DNA of 64,000 nucleotides, taken from the NCBI GenBank assembly GCA_964016885.1, contig OZ024743.1, positions 315,270,001-315,334,000 of the forward strand, in the 5' to 3' direction. Below the pieces are notes generated by a model that had not been told where the DNA came from, did not search any database, and was given only the letters and a program-made list of their open reading frames with translations. Source of the DNA: Eledone cirrhosa. Lineage: Eukaryota. Positions within the stretch are counted from its first letter, which is position 1. Every line of letters starts with the position of its first letter. Of the stretch, positions 24,811 to 41,869 are shown piece by piece. Both the position numbers and the translations under genes were made by a program.

Positions 24811-24934
24811 TATATATATTATATATTCTCCAAAATAACTGACTGAATACCCACATGTTTTTTCTGAAAAGAATTTGTTCCGTTCCTTCCTGTTCTCTTT
24901 CTCTTTCTTTCTATTTCAACTTTTATTTCTCCTT

Positions 24935-25045
24935 CTACCCCACGATGAAGTGCTAATGTCCAAAAAGTTAAAACTTGTTCGTACTATATCAAGCGTTAGA
25001 CTAATATATTTTTTATTTAACTATGTAGTTTGATTTGTTATAGTT
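24935..25045 (+). mobile_element. Family D PLE terminal-repeat remnant
   Basis: acgatgaagtgctaatgtccaaaaagttaa...tactatatcaagcgttagactaat. Confidence 0.5.
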
Positions 25046-25123
25046 GTTTAATTTTTTCATAAACACACACTCTCACACACAGAAACATACATATATATAT
25101 ATATATACACGCACACACACACT

Positions 25124-25179
<56 letters not shown>

Positions 25180-25356
25180 CGATATTAATAAATGGAAACT
25201 ATATTTATAAAACCATATCTATTTCATTATACATATTTCAGGGATACCAAATTAAATTAGGGTATGCCTCCATCAGACAAATACTTGTCGAGTGCTTTAT
25301 ATCAGTTATAAAAATATTTACTTGTTGTATCCCAACAATTTTAAATAGAACTGTTG

Positions 25357-25358
<2 letters not shown>
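25180..25358 (-). mobile_element. Family C PLE terminal repeat with HHR-like motif (25225-25281)
   Basis: Minus strand TTTGT-CTGATGG-AGGCATACC...GGTATCCCT-GAAA-TATG-TA-TAA. Related to 33520-33690 and 48245-48430. In (TA)n. Confidence 0.55.
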
Positions 25359-25409
<51 letters not shown>

Positions 25410-25596
25410 TCACAAACACAGACACACACTCATATGTGTGTGTGCGTTTTGTGTATATGTGTATGTATGTCTTCACCTGATAACTCTCCAAAACTGCCAG
25501 TATTAAATGAAGGAGTCTTTAAATCAAAGATGAAGTCAATAAAACAGTGATGGAGTCATGTACCCCACTGACTGTCTTTCTACATTAACTTCACTT

Positions 25597-26295
25597 AATG
25601 GTGGTGGTGGTGATGGTAGTGGTGGTGGTTGTGGTGCTAGTGGTGGTGATGATGGTAGTGGTGGTGGTTGTGGCGGTAGTGGTGGTGGTGGCCGTGGTGT
25701 TGGTGGTGTTGGTGTTGTTGTTGTGGTTGTTCATGGTGGTTGTGGTGGCGGTGGTGGAAGTGGTGGCGCTCATCGTCGTCATCGTAGTGGTGACAGTGGT
25801 GGCGGTGGAGGTGGTGGTGCTGCTGGTGCTAGTGGTGATTGTGGTGATGATTGTGGTGGTGTTTGTGGTGGTGATGGTGATTGCGGTAGTGGTGGTAATG
25901 CCGGTGGTTTTGAAGGTAATGGTAGTGGTGGTGATGGTGCTGGTGGTGGTGGTGGTGGTGGTGGTGGTGGTGGTGGTGGTGGTGGCGATTGCGGTGGTGG
26001 TGGTGGTGATTGCGGTGGTCGTGGTGGTGGTAATGGTGGTGGTTGTGAAGGTAATGATGGTGGTGGTCATTGTGGTGGTGCTGATGGTGGTGGTGATTGT
26101 GGTGGTGCTGATGGTGGTGGTGATTGTGGTGGTGCTGATGGTGGTGGTGATTGTGGTGGTGATAGTGGTGGTAGTGGTGGTGGTGGTGGCCGTGTTTATT
26201 GTGCTGGTAATGGTGGTGGTGGTGTTTGTGGTAATGGTGGTGGTGGTGTTTGAGTTGCTGTTGGTGGTGGTGGTGGTCTGGGTGGTCGTTGTGGT
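25597..26295. repeat. Degenerate (GGT)n triplet repeat
   Basis: Direct observation. Open in several frames on both strands. Confidence 0.9.
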
Positions 26296-26567
26296 ATTTA
26301 TTTCCGGTTTACTCATAGTGATGCAGAAATGTGCTGAAAGTTATTCTACCCATGACCATCCCGTCTTTTTCATATATATCACGTATAACTACATTTTCTT
26401 CTCCAATGTATCCTACGTTGTGGGTTGTGAGATAAATTTGGCTGCTATCTAACATGATGGGCCACCACAGAAAGTTTCGGTGAAAGTGTCGGACAAAGCG
26501 CCACGATCTAGTGACGATGGTGGAGATGGGGCAAGTGGTGATGACGACTACAATATAGTGATAACAG

Positions 26568-26584
26568 TGTGGTGATGATGATGG

Positions 26585-26639
<55 letters not shown>

Positions 26640-26651
26640 ATTGATGATGGC

Positions 26652-26684
<33 letters not shown>

Positions 26685-26708
26685 ATTGATGATGATGATG
26701 GCGATGGC

Positions 26709-26748
<40 letters not shown>

Positions 26749-26960
26749 CTGATGATGATGATGATATTGATGATGGCGATGATGATGATGATGATGATGG
26801 CGATGGTGATGATGAGGGTGATGATGACAGTAGTGGTAGTAGTGATGATGATGATGATGATGATGAAGATGGTGTTGATGATGGTGAGGATGATGATGAT
26901 AATGGTTGATTAGTGGTGATGACTATGGTTGTTGTAATGATGGTGGTCATAATGCTGATC
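26568..26960. repeat. Degenerate (GAT)n triplet repeat
   Basis: Direct observation. Confidence 0.9.
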
Positions 26961-26968
26961 TCGATAAT

Positions 26969-27122
26969 AATTGTTTCTACTTTTGGCACAAGGCCAGCAA
27001 TTAACCAGTACATTACTGGTACTTTATTTTATGAACCCGTAAGGATGAAAGGCAAAGTCAACCTCAGCGGGATTTGAACTCAGATCATAAAGGGACGTAA
27101 CTATGCTGCCAACCCACTGTCA
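26969..27122 (-). mobile_element. SINE S1 (internal deletion in head)
   Basis: Reverse complement of S1. Confidence 0.85.
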
Positions 27123-27409
27123 ATGGTAATGATGATGATAAAGAATCTAAAACGTGTCTTTTCTAAACACATAAAACAACACATATACGTTTACACACAC
27201 ACACAGACACACACATACACACAACATACACTCACATACACTCACACATACACATACATTTATATATACCATATAAAGATAAAGAACTCATAACTCCTTG
27301 TGAAGTAATAGAGGCACCGTCATACGATGTGTCTAGGGCACTTTTAAACCTGGGGGAGCCCAACCCTCTCCAGGTCTGAACACAACCGATTTTTTGAATA
27401 GAGGAAAAA

Positions 27410-27555
27410 TCGACCCAGTACAGGACTGGTACTCTTTTATCGATCTCGAAAGGATGAAAGGCAAATTTGACCACGGCTGGATTTGAACTCAGAGCATGCA
27501 ATGGTGTGGGACGAATACCGTAAAGTTTACTATCAGACGTCCTAACGTCTGTCAA
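27410..27555 (-). mobile_element. Diverged S1-related SINE
   Basis: ctggtactcttttatcgatctcgaaaggatgaaaggcaaa...atttgaactcaga. Confidence 0.7.
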
Positions 27556-27760
27556 TCTCATGGAATAGTCGACCTGTTTTCTTTAAACGCATTTTTCAAT
27601 GTATCTCATGCTGGTCACCGTTTGTAAGTAAAGGTATTATCTTGTGTATAAGTTTTACGACGATGACATGTTAATACGATATTATGTTCAGATGTATGCG
27701 GCCTCTTGTTAATGTATTTTGTGTGAGGATGTGGGTTTCAGTGTGTAGAAACATCAACAT

Positions 27761-27940
27761 TGGATTGGCAGTATCAGTAGAGGGTCGGACGCCATGCTTT
27801 CCAGCATAATTACGTCCCTTTATGATCTGAGTTCAAATCCAGCCGACGTTGACTTTGCCTTTCATCCTTACGGGTCGATAAAATAAAGTACCAGTAATGC
27901 ACTGGGTAATTGCTGGCCTTGTGCTTAAAGTAGAAACAAC
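27761..27940 (+). mobile_element. SINE S1
   Basis: Full match to S1. Confidence 0.9.
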
Positions 27941-28153
27941 TATTACAGTAATTCACTGGTGTTTTGGCGGTTATTTTACTCATTTGGAGTATATTGGCGG
28001 TTCTGATTATTGAAACAATATTTCGGGTTGTCGTATGAATTTCAGCCACTTAAACGTTCTAATCATGTAATAGTCGACCCCGTAAAGTTAACTTTAAATC
28101 ATGGCCTAAATATTTCGAATTTTACATGAATATATACAGAATGTATGTATATA

Positions 28154-28225
<72 letters not shown>

Positions 28226-28250
28226 AATATATATATATATATATATTTAT

Positions 28251-28285
<35 letters not shown>

Positions 28286-28427
28286 GAGAAGAGGGAGAGG
28301 GCGAAGAGGGAATAGAGAAAGATGAGTACATATGAATATACATATACACATATTCATACATGGATAGATAGATCCACAAACACTCCTACACTCACTTACA
28401 CACACACACACATATATATACACACAC

Positions 28428-28510
<83 letters not shown>

Positions 28511-28929
28511 TATATATATAAATGCTAGTAATGATAAAACGTAAGTTCCGTTCTTTGGTATACCCTGCCAACACTACAGCTGCTATATAATGGTTGGCAG
28601 CTGTCTACTGCCAAGATGGCATCCATACTCATCACTTCATTCTTTCCTCCATACTATTCTTGTGCAGCCTTTTTTATTATTCTCCTTCTTCTTATTATTA
28701 TTTTAGCTTTATAAATTCCACCAGCCATTCAGCCAGATAGCCTGACTAACAGTCAGATACTAAAACATTAAAAAGAATATGTTAGATAGATACATAGACA
28801 GCCAGGTATACATACATACCTTCTCGTCCGCAGTTCCATCCCTCCTTCCAACTCTTCTCCTGCATCCTTTCCCTGCTCCCAACTATGCTCCACACATGCA
28901 GCTTCATCACCCACACCACCACCCTCATC

Positions 28930-29223
28930 GAACCAAACGGCCGGCTCTTTCATGATAGAGATTCGTTTTGAGCATGTTATGCAGTGTTATTTACATTGCT
29001 CAGAGTGGCCATAGACTGGCTGACAGATTTCCTGAACATCTGGGGGACATCCGGGTCGACAACACGTCTTCGATGGCCCAACATCTCCGGTTTAGCCGGT
29101 CATTCCACGTGTCAGCCCACTGTATCCGGGCTCCTAGTTACGCGCCTACAGATTGGACAGAAGCTTATTTTTTTTAATACCTCTACCCACTATGGTCTTA
29201 ATGCACCAGCCCTCTTTCTTTGA
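28930..29223 (+). pseudogene. Decayed Neptune-type PLE GIY-YIG fragment
   Basis: IYIAQSGHRLADRFPEHLGDIR...MAQH and GQKLIFF...YGLNAPALFL*. Same C-terminus type as 3653-3781. Confidence 0.75.
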
Positions 29224-30016
29224 TCTACACTTCACACCCCATCCAGTAACCTCCCTCATCCACTCGCCCACAGTGTAATACTCACACGCAATTATATATC
29301 ACACACATACAACAGTATAACTCAAATACACTTATCAATAAACAAACTCGTAGAAAAACACACATAGACACTAACACACACAACCGACAGCACATATACG
29401 TAAGCAATGACGCACACGCATACGCATACATCAGCACAAATGCTCAAGCACTTCTCTCCGAGCGTTTTATTGTGGCTCCAACTGTAACAGCGTTTTTGTT
29501 GGATTCAAAATTAACTAATCCACCTTGAAGTTGAATATCGTTTTAACGATAGTTATTTGTCACCAAATTTCTTTTATATTTGACACATACACTGAAAAAC
29601 AAGATACACAAATACCCTTACAATTACTGACACTGTCCGTCTGAAGGTCTTTCAAACAGTTTCCACTGATCCCATTTCATTAATACGCCTTTGGTTGATC
29701 CAAAGCTCTGGTGAATGACAAAACGGATCTAATGGCTGACAAAACACAGCAAAGCAGAGCGTTCTGCATGCTAAATACAAATAAGCTTTGTTCAGTTCCT
29801 TTGCTTTTGATAATATTTTCATATTTGTGGTACAGATATATCTCAGTTTAGCGTTATTTCTTCTACATAGTTTTATATATCGGTGGTTGTTAGAAATATA
29901 TTTATTTATCAACACTAGGAAATGTTTAGTAATATTAATCTTTCATCTTAAACCGAAGATCTATCTGAACCAGAAAATGTTGCATCATCTTTTCATAATA
30001 TTGAATAGAGGTTAAG

Positions 30017-30200
30017 TGATGGATTAGCAGTATCGGTAATACGTTGGACAGCATGCTGTGTGGCATATAGTTACGTCCCATTATGTTTTGAGTTCAAATC
30101 CCGCCGAGGTTAATTGTGCCTTTCATTCTAACGTATTGGGTCCATTTAATCGATAGTCTTCTCTAAAAAATTCGTTAGCCTTGTGCCTAAATCAGAAACT
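30017..30200 (+). mobile_element. Diverged SINE S1
   Basis: tggattagcagtatcggt...gagttcaaatcccgccgaggt...gccttgtgcctaaa. Confidence 0.8.
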
Positions 30201-30259
30201 AATATTGAATAGAGATGGAAGTTAAATTTGTACGTAATAATATTCCATTTACAGCGGAA

Positions 30260-30600
30260 AGAATCTTTAAACTGTTCGTCTTTTCAGGATTTAATTTTTT
30301 TTTATATGTATTGCAAAGTTTTGCATGATTACGTGGCATGATTATGTTGCATATTTGTCCAAACAGTGCATACATCTGTTTTACATATTTATATAAGAAG
30401 CTGCTGCCAGAGTTTCTCATTCCTTTTCCCTCCAGGCTCAAGATGTATTGGGATAGGGAGGTTAAGTTTCATTTATCTTTGAATTTGAAGGAATGAGTAT
30501 GTTGTGTGCGCTCTTGAAAATGTTTTCTCTGCGGCCGATGCAATAATTCTCATTAACACCCGCCGAAGTAACCTTGGTTAATAAGATATTTGGTGAAGGT
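30260..30600 (-). pseudogene. Decayed PLE GIY-YIG fragment (different subtype)
   Basis: With frameshifts: YCIGRRENIFK...HTHSFK...TSLSQYILSLEGKG, resembling YIG.TE..FK.R...H..SF...T.LS.YIW.L. Confidence 0.5.
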
Positions 30601-30657
30601 GTGTATGAGGGGTACTTTGAATACCAAGTTAATGAATAGGTGAGAGAGGGAGATACT

Positions 30658-30746
<89 letters not shown>

Positions 30747-32603
30747 GCGTGTGTGTGTGTGTGTGTATCTGTGTGTGTGTCTGTGTATGTGTGTGTGTGG
30801 GCATGTGTATCTGTGTATATGGAGTTACATAATCCAGTAAAATAACTATATGCATATGTAAGACCAAATAATATGCACATAATAATGTATATGCATCCAA
30901 CGTCTGACATTCCACCATCTTTAAAACTAGTAGTGTGTGTGCTTTAGTGCATACAATAATACACATGCACTTACTCTTGAATAGCCTAACTGATTGGATA
31001 CAGTGTGGCTGATACTGAACCCCAGGCGACGATAGGAGTACGTTGGGAGTCTGATAAAACTTGATTCAAAACTTCACATTCTCATAAGTAATATAAATGT
31101 ATGAATTGATACATTTAAATACAAATTACTTATACAGATTTTTTGTTCATTGTTCATATACTCACATCTTTATTGTCTATTTATTTTATATAACTGATTT
31201 ATTTATTTAATTATTTATTTATTTGTTTGTACATATCTGGAGTTGATGAAGTGGTCGTTGCTCTAAAAGTTATCAGGAACACTGATCTTGACTAAAATAT
31301 GACAATATCTAGTCAATTATAATTATGTTCGACAATGATGTAGTAATAAAAGTTCTTGTTATTAAAAGCTTAACCGTATTTAGTATTTGCTTTTTGATTT
31401 CGTAGCTGAATATTTACTCAGATCAAGTTTCTATATAATCTAACGTCATAATAGATTAATAAAATACCGATGAAGTGGGGAAGGTCTTGATGAACGGGTC
31501 TCAGTCTAAAGAGTTTGGGGATTCCTGATCCAGACCTGTCAACTCTCCACATTGGACGAGGAGATCTCCCACCCACTTTGGGGTGGATGAGAGATGTCTT
31601 CTCTCGTGAAAATGTGTATAGCTTTCATTATGTAAACTCTCCACATTTTGCCTCATTTCTCCCAGCTATGAGGTACTTCTATTCATGGTACTCCCCGTTT
31701 GGGTTTTTAGAGATTGGCAGCTCTGCTGATATAACTCTATAATGTTATTATATGTGTACGACCCTTTACGGTCGATAAAGTAAAGCACCATTGATGTGCT
31801 GGAGTAATAGCTAGCCTTGTAGAAACAGTTATTATATGTGTACTAAACTAACGTTAGATTCCACCTTCAGCCATCTACTGTGGACCTTAAATGCTTAACA
31901 AGAATTATCAAATCATATATCAAATGCAGTCTCCTTCTACCGGACATAGGTACACCTCGACATTCAATGCGTGTCATCGAATTTCCGCTAATGTTATACA
32001 CCGAAGGCTGAAGTGAAGTATGAAGACGGGTGCTTCTTATGAAATTGAGTCCAGATAATATATACATTACACACCCGACCGACGGTCAGACCCCAAACTG
32101 TGTATACTCGTCATAAAGTTATTATGTATATATGTATTTGTGCCGAAATTCGTTTGTTCGAATTCATATGATTCCAGTTCCTCGGAGAAATAACAACCCA
32201 ACCAGGAACCGGGCATATCGGAGTATTGACGGAGTTAAACACTTCAACAGCATGTGTACCTGTCTCTACCACACCAATTCGGACTGCCTGAAGAGGTCAC
32301 AGCCAAGGATGGCTGTCACCGAAATTTATATAGCCGTACACTTTTAATAAACGAAGCCAAATTTTAAATATTTGACTTAATTATTTTATTTTACATTACT
32401 CCGGAGTAACCAAACCACCCTGCGCACTTCGTCGAGTGCTGCAGTTTGCATACTGAGGTGTCGGTAAATAACCAGCATATACTCAAAATTAATGTATTTG
32501 TGTCAATATATAAGATATTTCCTACTATATCAAGCGTTAAACTGATATGTTTCTTCATTGAACTGTGTAGTTTGGGTTGTTATTTCTGTTAACCTTTTCT
32601 GTG

Positions 32604-32660
<57 letters not shown>

Positions 32661-32904
32661 GTAGTTGTCCCAAATTGAAGGATGAGTATTTCAAACTTTA
32701 TTTTATTATGAGTTAAGGCTCTATTGATTTTTCCCTGGATTTCACTAAATTCTGTTGGATAAGTCTATATCCTGATTCTTTTTGAATTGAGTTTGAATTA
32801 TTTTTCCCACATCTTACGTTAACTATTTTCCCATTTTGACGCTATAGTCACTTATATATTATGGAATATGTTGGCTTCTTGCTACAATACTTTCTATACC
32901 TTTC

Positions 32905-32986
<82 letters not shown>

Positions 32987-33011
32987 ATACATTTATATAT
33001 ATATATATATG

Positions 33012-33454
33012 TATTGTTATACTTTGGAAGGGTGATGTTGCCAATAAGAAACACACGCACCAATTGCTTTCACTCCAATTTATTATAAATTAAATTTATA
33101 AATTTAAGAAATTTGTAAATTTCGGTTTGTTGGTACCACACAAAAACAAGATGGCGTAGAACAGAACAAAGGAGAGGCACAAAACAAAGAAAAGAATTCC
33201 CAGTCACTGAAGAGGTCACATAATGTGTGACGAAAGAACTTTGACAATATATGAGCAACCGTCCGGTTGTGGAACCAACCAACCAACCGGAAATTTATAA
33301 ATTCTTAAATTTATAAATTCAATTTATAATCAATTGGAGTGAAGCGACTGGTGCGTGTGTTTCTTATTGGCAACATGACCCTCCCAAAGTATAACAATAT
33401 CGGTCTCAACACACGTTTTCAGATAAAGAATCTTGCTAAACAAATTCAGAAACG

Positions 33455-33456
<2 letters not shown>
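33012..33456. mobile_element. Family A PLE short fold-back: inverted tail-less arm (33012-33138) plus forward arm with HHR (33202-33245) and tail
   Basis: Same termini as 18569-20380. HHR reads AGTCA-CTGAAGA-GGTCACATAATGTGTGAC-GAAA-GAACTT-TGAC. In (TA)n. Confidence 0.88.
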
Positions 33457-33519
<63 letters not shown>

Positions 33520-33522
<3 letters not shown>

Positions 33523-33690
33523 CAAAATATTAACAAATGAAAAATATTCTCATAATCAAAATATATACTTTATTATATATATTTCAAAGGTATTGTGTTG
33601 TTTTTTTCAGTAAGTCCTCATCAGACAAAATATATGATTTGATATATGACATACCGCTACGGTCTTTATTATTCAATTCCAGTATTAGCA
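33520..33690 (-). mobile_element. Family C PLE terminal repeat with HHR-like motif
   Basis: Minus strand TTTGT-CTGATGA-GG...ATACCTTT-GAAA-TATA-TA-TAA. Matches 48245-48430. Confidence 0.6.
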
Positions 33691-34189
33691 GACATACATA
33701 CATATATATATATATATACACATGTGTATGTATGTGTGTATGTGTATATATATACACAAACACACACACACACACATATATATGTATATATACATATAGA
33801 GAGAGAGGGGGGGAGAGAGAGAGAATGAAAGAAATATGAATGGCTTTCTTGGAAAGTCTGTACACACATACATATACCATATATGTGTTAGTGTGTGTTT
33901 GTGTGTGTGTGTGTGTCTATGTGTAGAGGGGTCGGGTATTTATGTGTATGTTTGTTGGTAAGAAAAAGGGTGAATGATGTTAGAGTTTGTGATAGATACA
34001 ATGAGAGGAAGAAAAAAACGCAGAAGAAAGAGAGCGAGATCTATTATGATTGAGAGAGGGATAAAGAGAGATAGTTAGAGAGAATGAGAGAAGGAGGAAC
34101 TAACTTTATTTTTAGTTTCTGAGTGTGTAGTGTGTGTGAGAGAGAAGGTGAAGGGATGGGGCGGTATGACTACGTGTGAGCGTTTAAGT

Positions 34190-36400
<2,211 letters not shown>

Positions 36401-36530
36401 CTATACCAAATATCAGGTAGGATTATCAATAATTCTTTTTTCTTCCATGTTTGATGTTTTCCCAATATATATTGTAAATGAATGATCTGTCAACATTGAA
36501 TTGTATATATTATATGTAGCGAGATATAAA

Positions 36531-36745
36531 GCAGTGGATTGGCGCTACATGTAGAGCGTCGGACCTTATGCTTTACGGCATAGAGTTATAGGCCTTTACG
36601 TTTTGCGTTCAAATCCCGCCGTTGTTAGCTGTGCCTTTTATCTTTACTGGGGCGATAATATAAAGTACCAGTAATACACTGTTTGATTTAATCGGCATTC
36701 CGCTCCCACTGAATTTTTTACCTTTCGCTTAAAACAGAAAATATT
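36531..36745 (+). mobile_element. Diverged SINE S1
   Basis: gcagtggattggc...gttcaaatcccgcc...aaagtaccagtaa. Confidence 0.8.
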
Positions 36746-37012
36746 ATATTACTTGTATATAACATTGTATATAATAATTGTATATTATAGGTGTATATAA
36801 TAACTGTCTATAATATTTGTATATATCCGTTGTATATGATAGCTGTGTATATAAATTGTATATACTAGTTATATATATATATATATTAATTGCTTATATC
36901 ACGGGTACATAATATTTGTTTATTTGTTTATATTGATTATATATTCGTTGTATATATTAGTAGTATACATTAATTGTATATATTAGTTGTATATATTAAT
37001 GTATATAGTATT

Positions 37013-37120
37013 TCCGCCGAGGTTTAACTTTGACTTTCACCTATACGGCGTCGATAAAATAAAGTACCAGTAATGCACTGGGGTATTTGCTGGCCTTGTG
37101 CCAAAAGTAGAAACAATTAA
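37013..37120 (+). mobile_element. 5'-truncated SINE S1
   Basis: ccgccgagg...gtcgataaaataaagtaccag...gccttgtgccaaaagtagaaaca. Confidence 0.85.
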
Positions 37121-37478
37121 TTGTATCTATTAATTGTATAGATTAGTGTATATAGTATTTGTTTATATTCGTTGATTATAATAACTCTATATAATAGCTA
37201 TGTATATATATATTACATATTTACATCTCATCTATGTACCACTCGCAGCTTAAGTTTTATTCATGCCGAGTTTTATGTATATTTTTTTGTTTATATATTT
37301 ATTTTTGTTCCATCCCATAATAATTTATGACTTAGTAATGTTCACAGCTCACTGCGAACTCATTACTAATTTGCCTGCTCATATGAATGTGCATAAAGAT
37401 ATATATATATATGGGGGTGTCTGTATGTGTGTGTGTTTGTGTGTGAGAGTGTGTGAATACAAACACATATATACATTT

Positions 37479-37570
<92 letters not shown>

Positions 37571-37922
37571 TACTTACATACAGACATATATATATACATA
37601 TATGTATATATATAGACTTGCGACTCCTACATTTTTCCTTTTGCTTATATATATATTATACGCATATGTATTTATATATACACATGTGTGTGTATGTGTA
37701 CTTGTATAGAAACACACATACAGGTAATTATATACACATACACATCCATACAAGAGGTCTGTGTACCTCGTCAGACTATGGATCTACACGTGGTAATGAT
37801 GTCTCCACTGCGATGACAACCGGCTGTTTATGCGGCAAGTACTTCTTAACCTTTCAACCCCTATCATCAGGAGGAAGATGGCGGTCGATATGTGTCCTGA
37901 TCACTTTCGTAAGAGTTAAACA

Positions 37923-38060
<138 letters not shown>

Positions 38061-38146
38061 AAAATACTGCAGGTAGCACATGGATAACATGTAATAAAAT
38101 GAGTCCCTCATCAGTGATTTGCCGACGATCATAGATATTTCATTGC

Positions 38147-38402
<256 letters not shown>

Positions 38403-38457
38403 AGACAGATAGATAGATAGATAGATATATAGATAGATAGATAGATAGATAGATAGA

Positions 38458-39780
38458 TTTCTTTATTAGCCACAGGGGCACAAAAGAAGGGGACAAATAC
38501 AAAGGGGGAAGTTTACATACAATAAAAACGTGTAAAATGTTATCACAGATGGAATTTAAAAGTTAGTCGATTTTCCCCAATAGAGGGAGACAGTTTATAT
38601 GGGTAACACATACCCCCGAAAAAAAATGTGCAACCCTCATCTCCAGGAGTACGAAGAGCTTGTACTCCTTTCCTCTCCTCCTCCTTTTCCTCAACCTACA
38701 GGCTGATATAGAGAGAAGGCCCATTCACTCGGGCCATTCTCGCCACTTTCACCCACCTTTCATAAAACTTGCTGGGGTACAGCACCTCTCTCTCCATCCT
38801 GATTCTTCTTCCAAAGTGGTATTTGAAAAAAAGAATCAGTTGTTGGCCGGAGAGAAAGGTGTCTGACCTCAGCCCTTTCAACCTTGTCCACCATACAACC
38901 TCTTTCGCCATAGCTATCACACAAAGGAAAACCGCCTCTCCTTCGTTTTTGAAGGAGGGTGGCGGTTTGATAGCCACTGTACAGAGGAAAACCGCCTCTC
39001 TTTCGTTTTTGAAAGAGGCTGGCGGTTTGATCCTTACTATGTACTCGACAGTCAACTGGATTTGTCCCATACGCGACAGCAGTTGTTCTGCATAATTCCA
39101 CAGGTCGCTTACACCCGGGCAGTGTACAATTGCGTGCAAGACGGTTTCAATGGCCTGCTCACATCTTGGACACGTCCTCTTGGAAGGATCCCTGCCGGGG
39201 CGTCCGTGCCTGTAGATCTTATCTCGAACGGGTAGAACTTCTCAGTAGCACTGCCAGGCCAGGGACCTCTGGAAGTTATCCATAGGTCCCGGGCGGAAAG
39301 TCCTACCGAACAGACTGGTAAGCTGGTAGTTTTCGACGCCTAGAGTCTCCCCGAGCACGTCGTCGCACTTGTAAAGTACTAACCCTCTATAGAATGTCGA
39401 AGTTGAGTCTCCGCTGATTGCTGTGCCCACTTGACAGAGGACTGTGAGCGCCTGGGCGCATTCAATGTGCCAGGCGCCCATCTTCTTCGGTCTTCTCTTG
39501 ACCCAGTACTGCAGCTCCGTCAGCGAGACAAGTTGTGGGAAGGCCTGTCTCACAAACGGTGCCTACACCGGTTGGTCGGTGAGGAATACCTGAAGACGCC
39601 GTAGCCTCAGCGCACGTTTGCGCATCATTAGCCACGGCATGCCCATCCCTCCGTTTGAAGGGTGTTGACTGCAGACGAATCTCCTCACCAGTAGAGCCTG
39701 CTTCTTCCACGCGAACAGGAAGAGCATGCGTTCCATCTTGGTGAGGTATTCACGGGGACAAGGCACGACAGTCAAGCGGT

Positions 39781-39782
<2 letters not shown>
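38458..39782 (-). mobile_element. 3' fragment of Tx1-clade LINE inside (GATA)n
   Basis: GGMGMPWL, SLAWQCY, HAIVHC, AKEVVWWTRLKGL. (GATA)n on both sides. Internal ~60-bp tandem duplication at about 38925-39030. Confidence 0.88.
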
Positions 39783-39867
<85 letters not shown>

Positions 39868-39877
39868 GGAGAGATAT

Positions 39878-39951
<74 letters not shown>

Positions 39952-40289
39952 TTCTTTATTAGCCCCAAGGGCGTACAAGAAAAGTGACAAAACAAAGACA
40001 CATGCCGGGGATTTTAGATAGATAGTTAGATACAGTTATAATTTTAACTGTGTTGTTTATATCATCATATTATATATAACTATAATCACACAGCTCTTCA
40101 TTATATGGCTTGAAGTTAACAACATCCATGTGTTTACAAGTGTATATAAGTGTTTATGTACAAGTTTTTTATACACACGTGATTGTTCTATTCAGATATA
40201 TTTTTGTCATTCAATGCAACTTCCGGTAGTTCGATTCCATTTTGAAAAACTAGTTCACTTAAGTTGTACATGTTGTGCTTGTACAAGCA

Positions 40290-40620
40290 GGCGTGGGTGA
40301 GTAACGAAGAAATTCGGTTCGTAATCATGAAGGTCAGAGTTCAATCCCACTGTATAATATCATGAGCAAATGTCATTGCCGTAGCCACGGTTTAACCTAT
40401 TTAGTAGATGGAAACTGTGTGGATGCCTGTCGGATCGACTGTACCAGTATTATAATGATGAAGCCTGGACACATATTATCTTACACAGACTCACATTTTG
40501 ATTTATGTTAAGGGTACATGTGTCTGGGGAATACTCAGACACTTACACATTAACTGACATTCCTATCCCTGGTTGATTGAATAACTGAATATTCATCCCC
40601 GAAACCGACTGAGGCTCCAT
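40290..40620 (+). mobile_element. Old SINE S2
   Basis: tRNA-like head with gagttcaatccc. Body similar to 44585-44920. Confidence 0.5.
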
Positions 40621-41295
40621 AACCCTCTTCATTCATTTTCATTCATACTTGCTCGCATCCCATCTCTATCAGCTAGAAATAGCAGTCAAATATCAATTTA
40701 ATTATACTCTGATTTCTTAAGAATAGGAGAAAAGATACGGTGACGTAGTCCTAGATACACCATGCTCGATGAAATAAATAAATACAATGGTCGGTTTGAA
40801 ACTTGTTGGTCCTTGTCTACTGGATTAGGTGCGACCTAGGGCTAAATAAAAAGAACAATCCGTGATATACATATATTCCAATACATATATTTCAATACAC
40901 ACATACATACATACATACATACATACACATACATGCATCCATACATAATACATACATACACACACGCATACATACATACAGACATACATAAATACATACA
41001 TATATACATGTCTACATATATACATACATACACACGCCGGTACATATTCCCATACATGTAAATATAGAATATTTCAAAAATTCAGCATGTGATAACTGCA
41101 TATACACAGAGATAGAGAAATATAGGTACGTGTAATCGCATGACTGAAAATATAGAGATTCACACAAACACATACAGACAAACATATGTATTTACCAAGT
41201 TACTGTTCTCTATATTCCAATGAAAATGTCTTCTTTCTATATTAGAAGACGAGACTTTCTCTAAAGGTGAACATTTATAAAATAGTAAAACCAGA

Positions 41296-41363
<68 letters not shown>

Positions 41364-41869
41364 CATGCATACATACATATATACATACATGTATACATAC
41401 AAAGATACATACATACACACTAATCTATGCTTTTTAGTTATACTTTACGAAGGTTTCAATGAAATATTTCTTCAAATGAAATTAGGGCTACAGTTTCCTT
41501 ATCCTCTTGTAATTATTTTATTTTATGCGTTTTTGTATAAACATATCCTTGTGTGTATCCAGTCGAGAATGGGTCCACCATATCCCTGTATGTCATGAGA
41601 GGTGACTAGAGGTGTTTGTACCAGGATGACTATCTGGTCGTAAAGCCTTGCCCTAAAAGAAGACTTCGTGATAGGTATGAGAACTGTCATAAAGGCCGCA
41701 AATGTATAACAGATGAAATGGTCTTAAGACATCTGTTGTCTTATAGCATATACTTAGTGGCCTTCGTGTAACATCAAAACCATTTTGAGGGAAACAAGCA
41801 CAATTTCAAAAACACACTGTTATTGTTATTATTCTTGTTGTTTTGTTGTAAAGGAAAACACCACCACCC

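Noticed and set aside
25558-26452. Gly-rich 231-aa ORF resembling a structural protein, plus Thr and Val ORFs
   Set aside because: Degenerate (GGT)n is open in several frames, with no signal peptide or splice evidence. It cannot be fully excluded without RNA data.
26309-27013. Poly-Ser, poly-Met and poly-Asp ORFs
   Set aside because: (GAT)n microsatellite translations.
32521-32550. Weak U2 snRNA-like match (atcagtttaacgcttgata on -)
   Set aside because: The match is short and explained as the family D PLE terminus also seen at 2367, 24982 and 48945.
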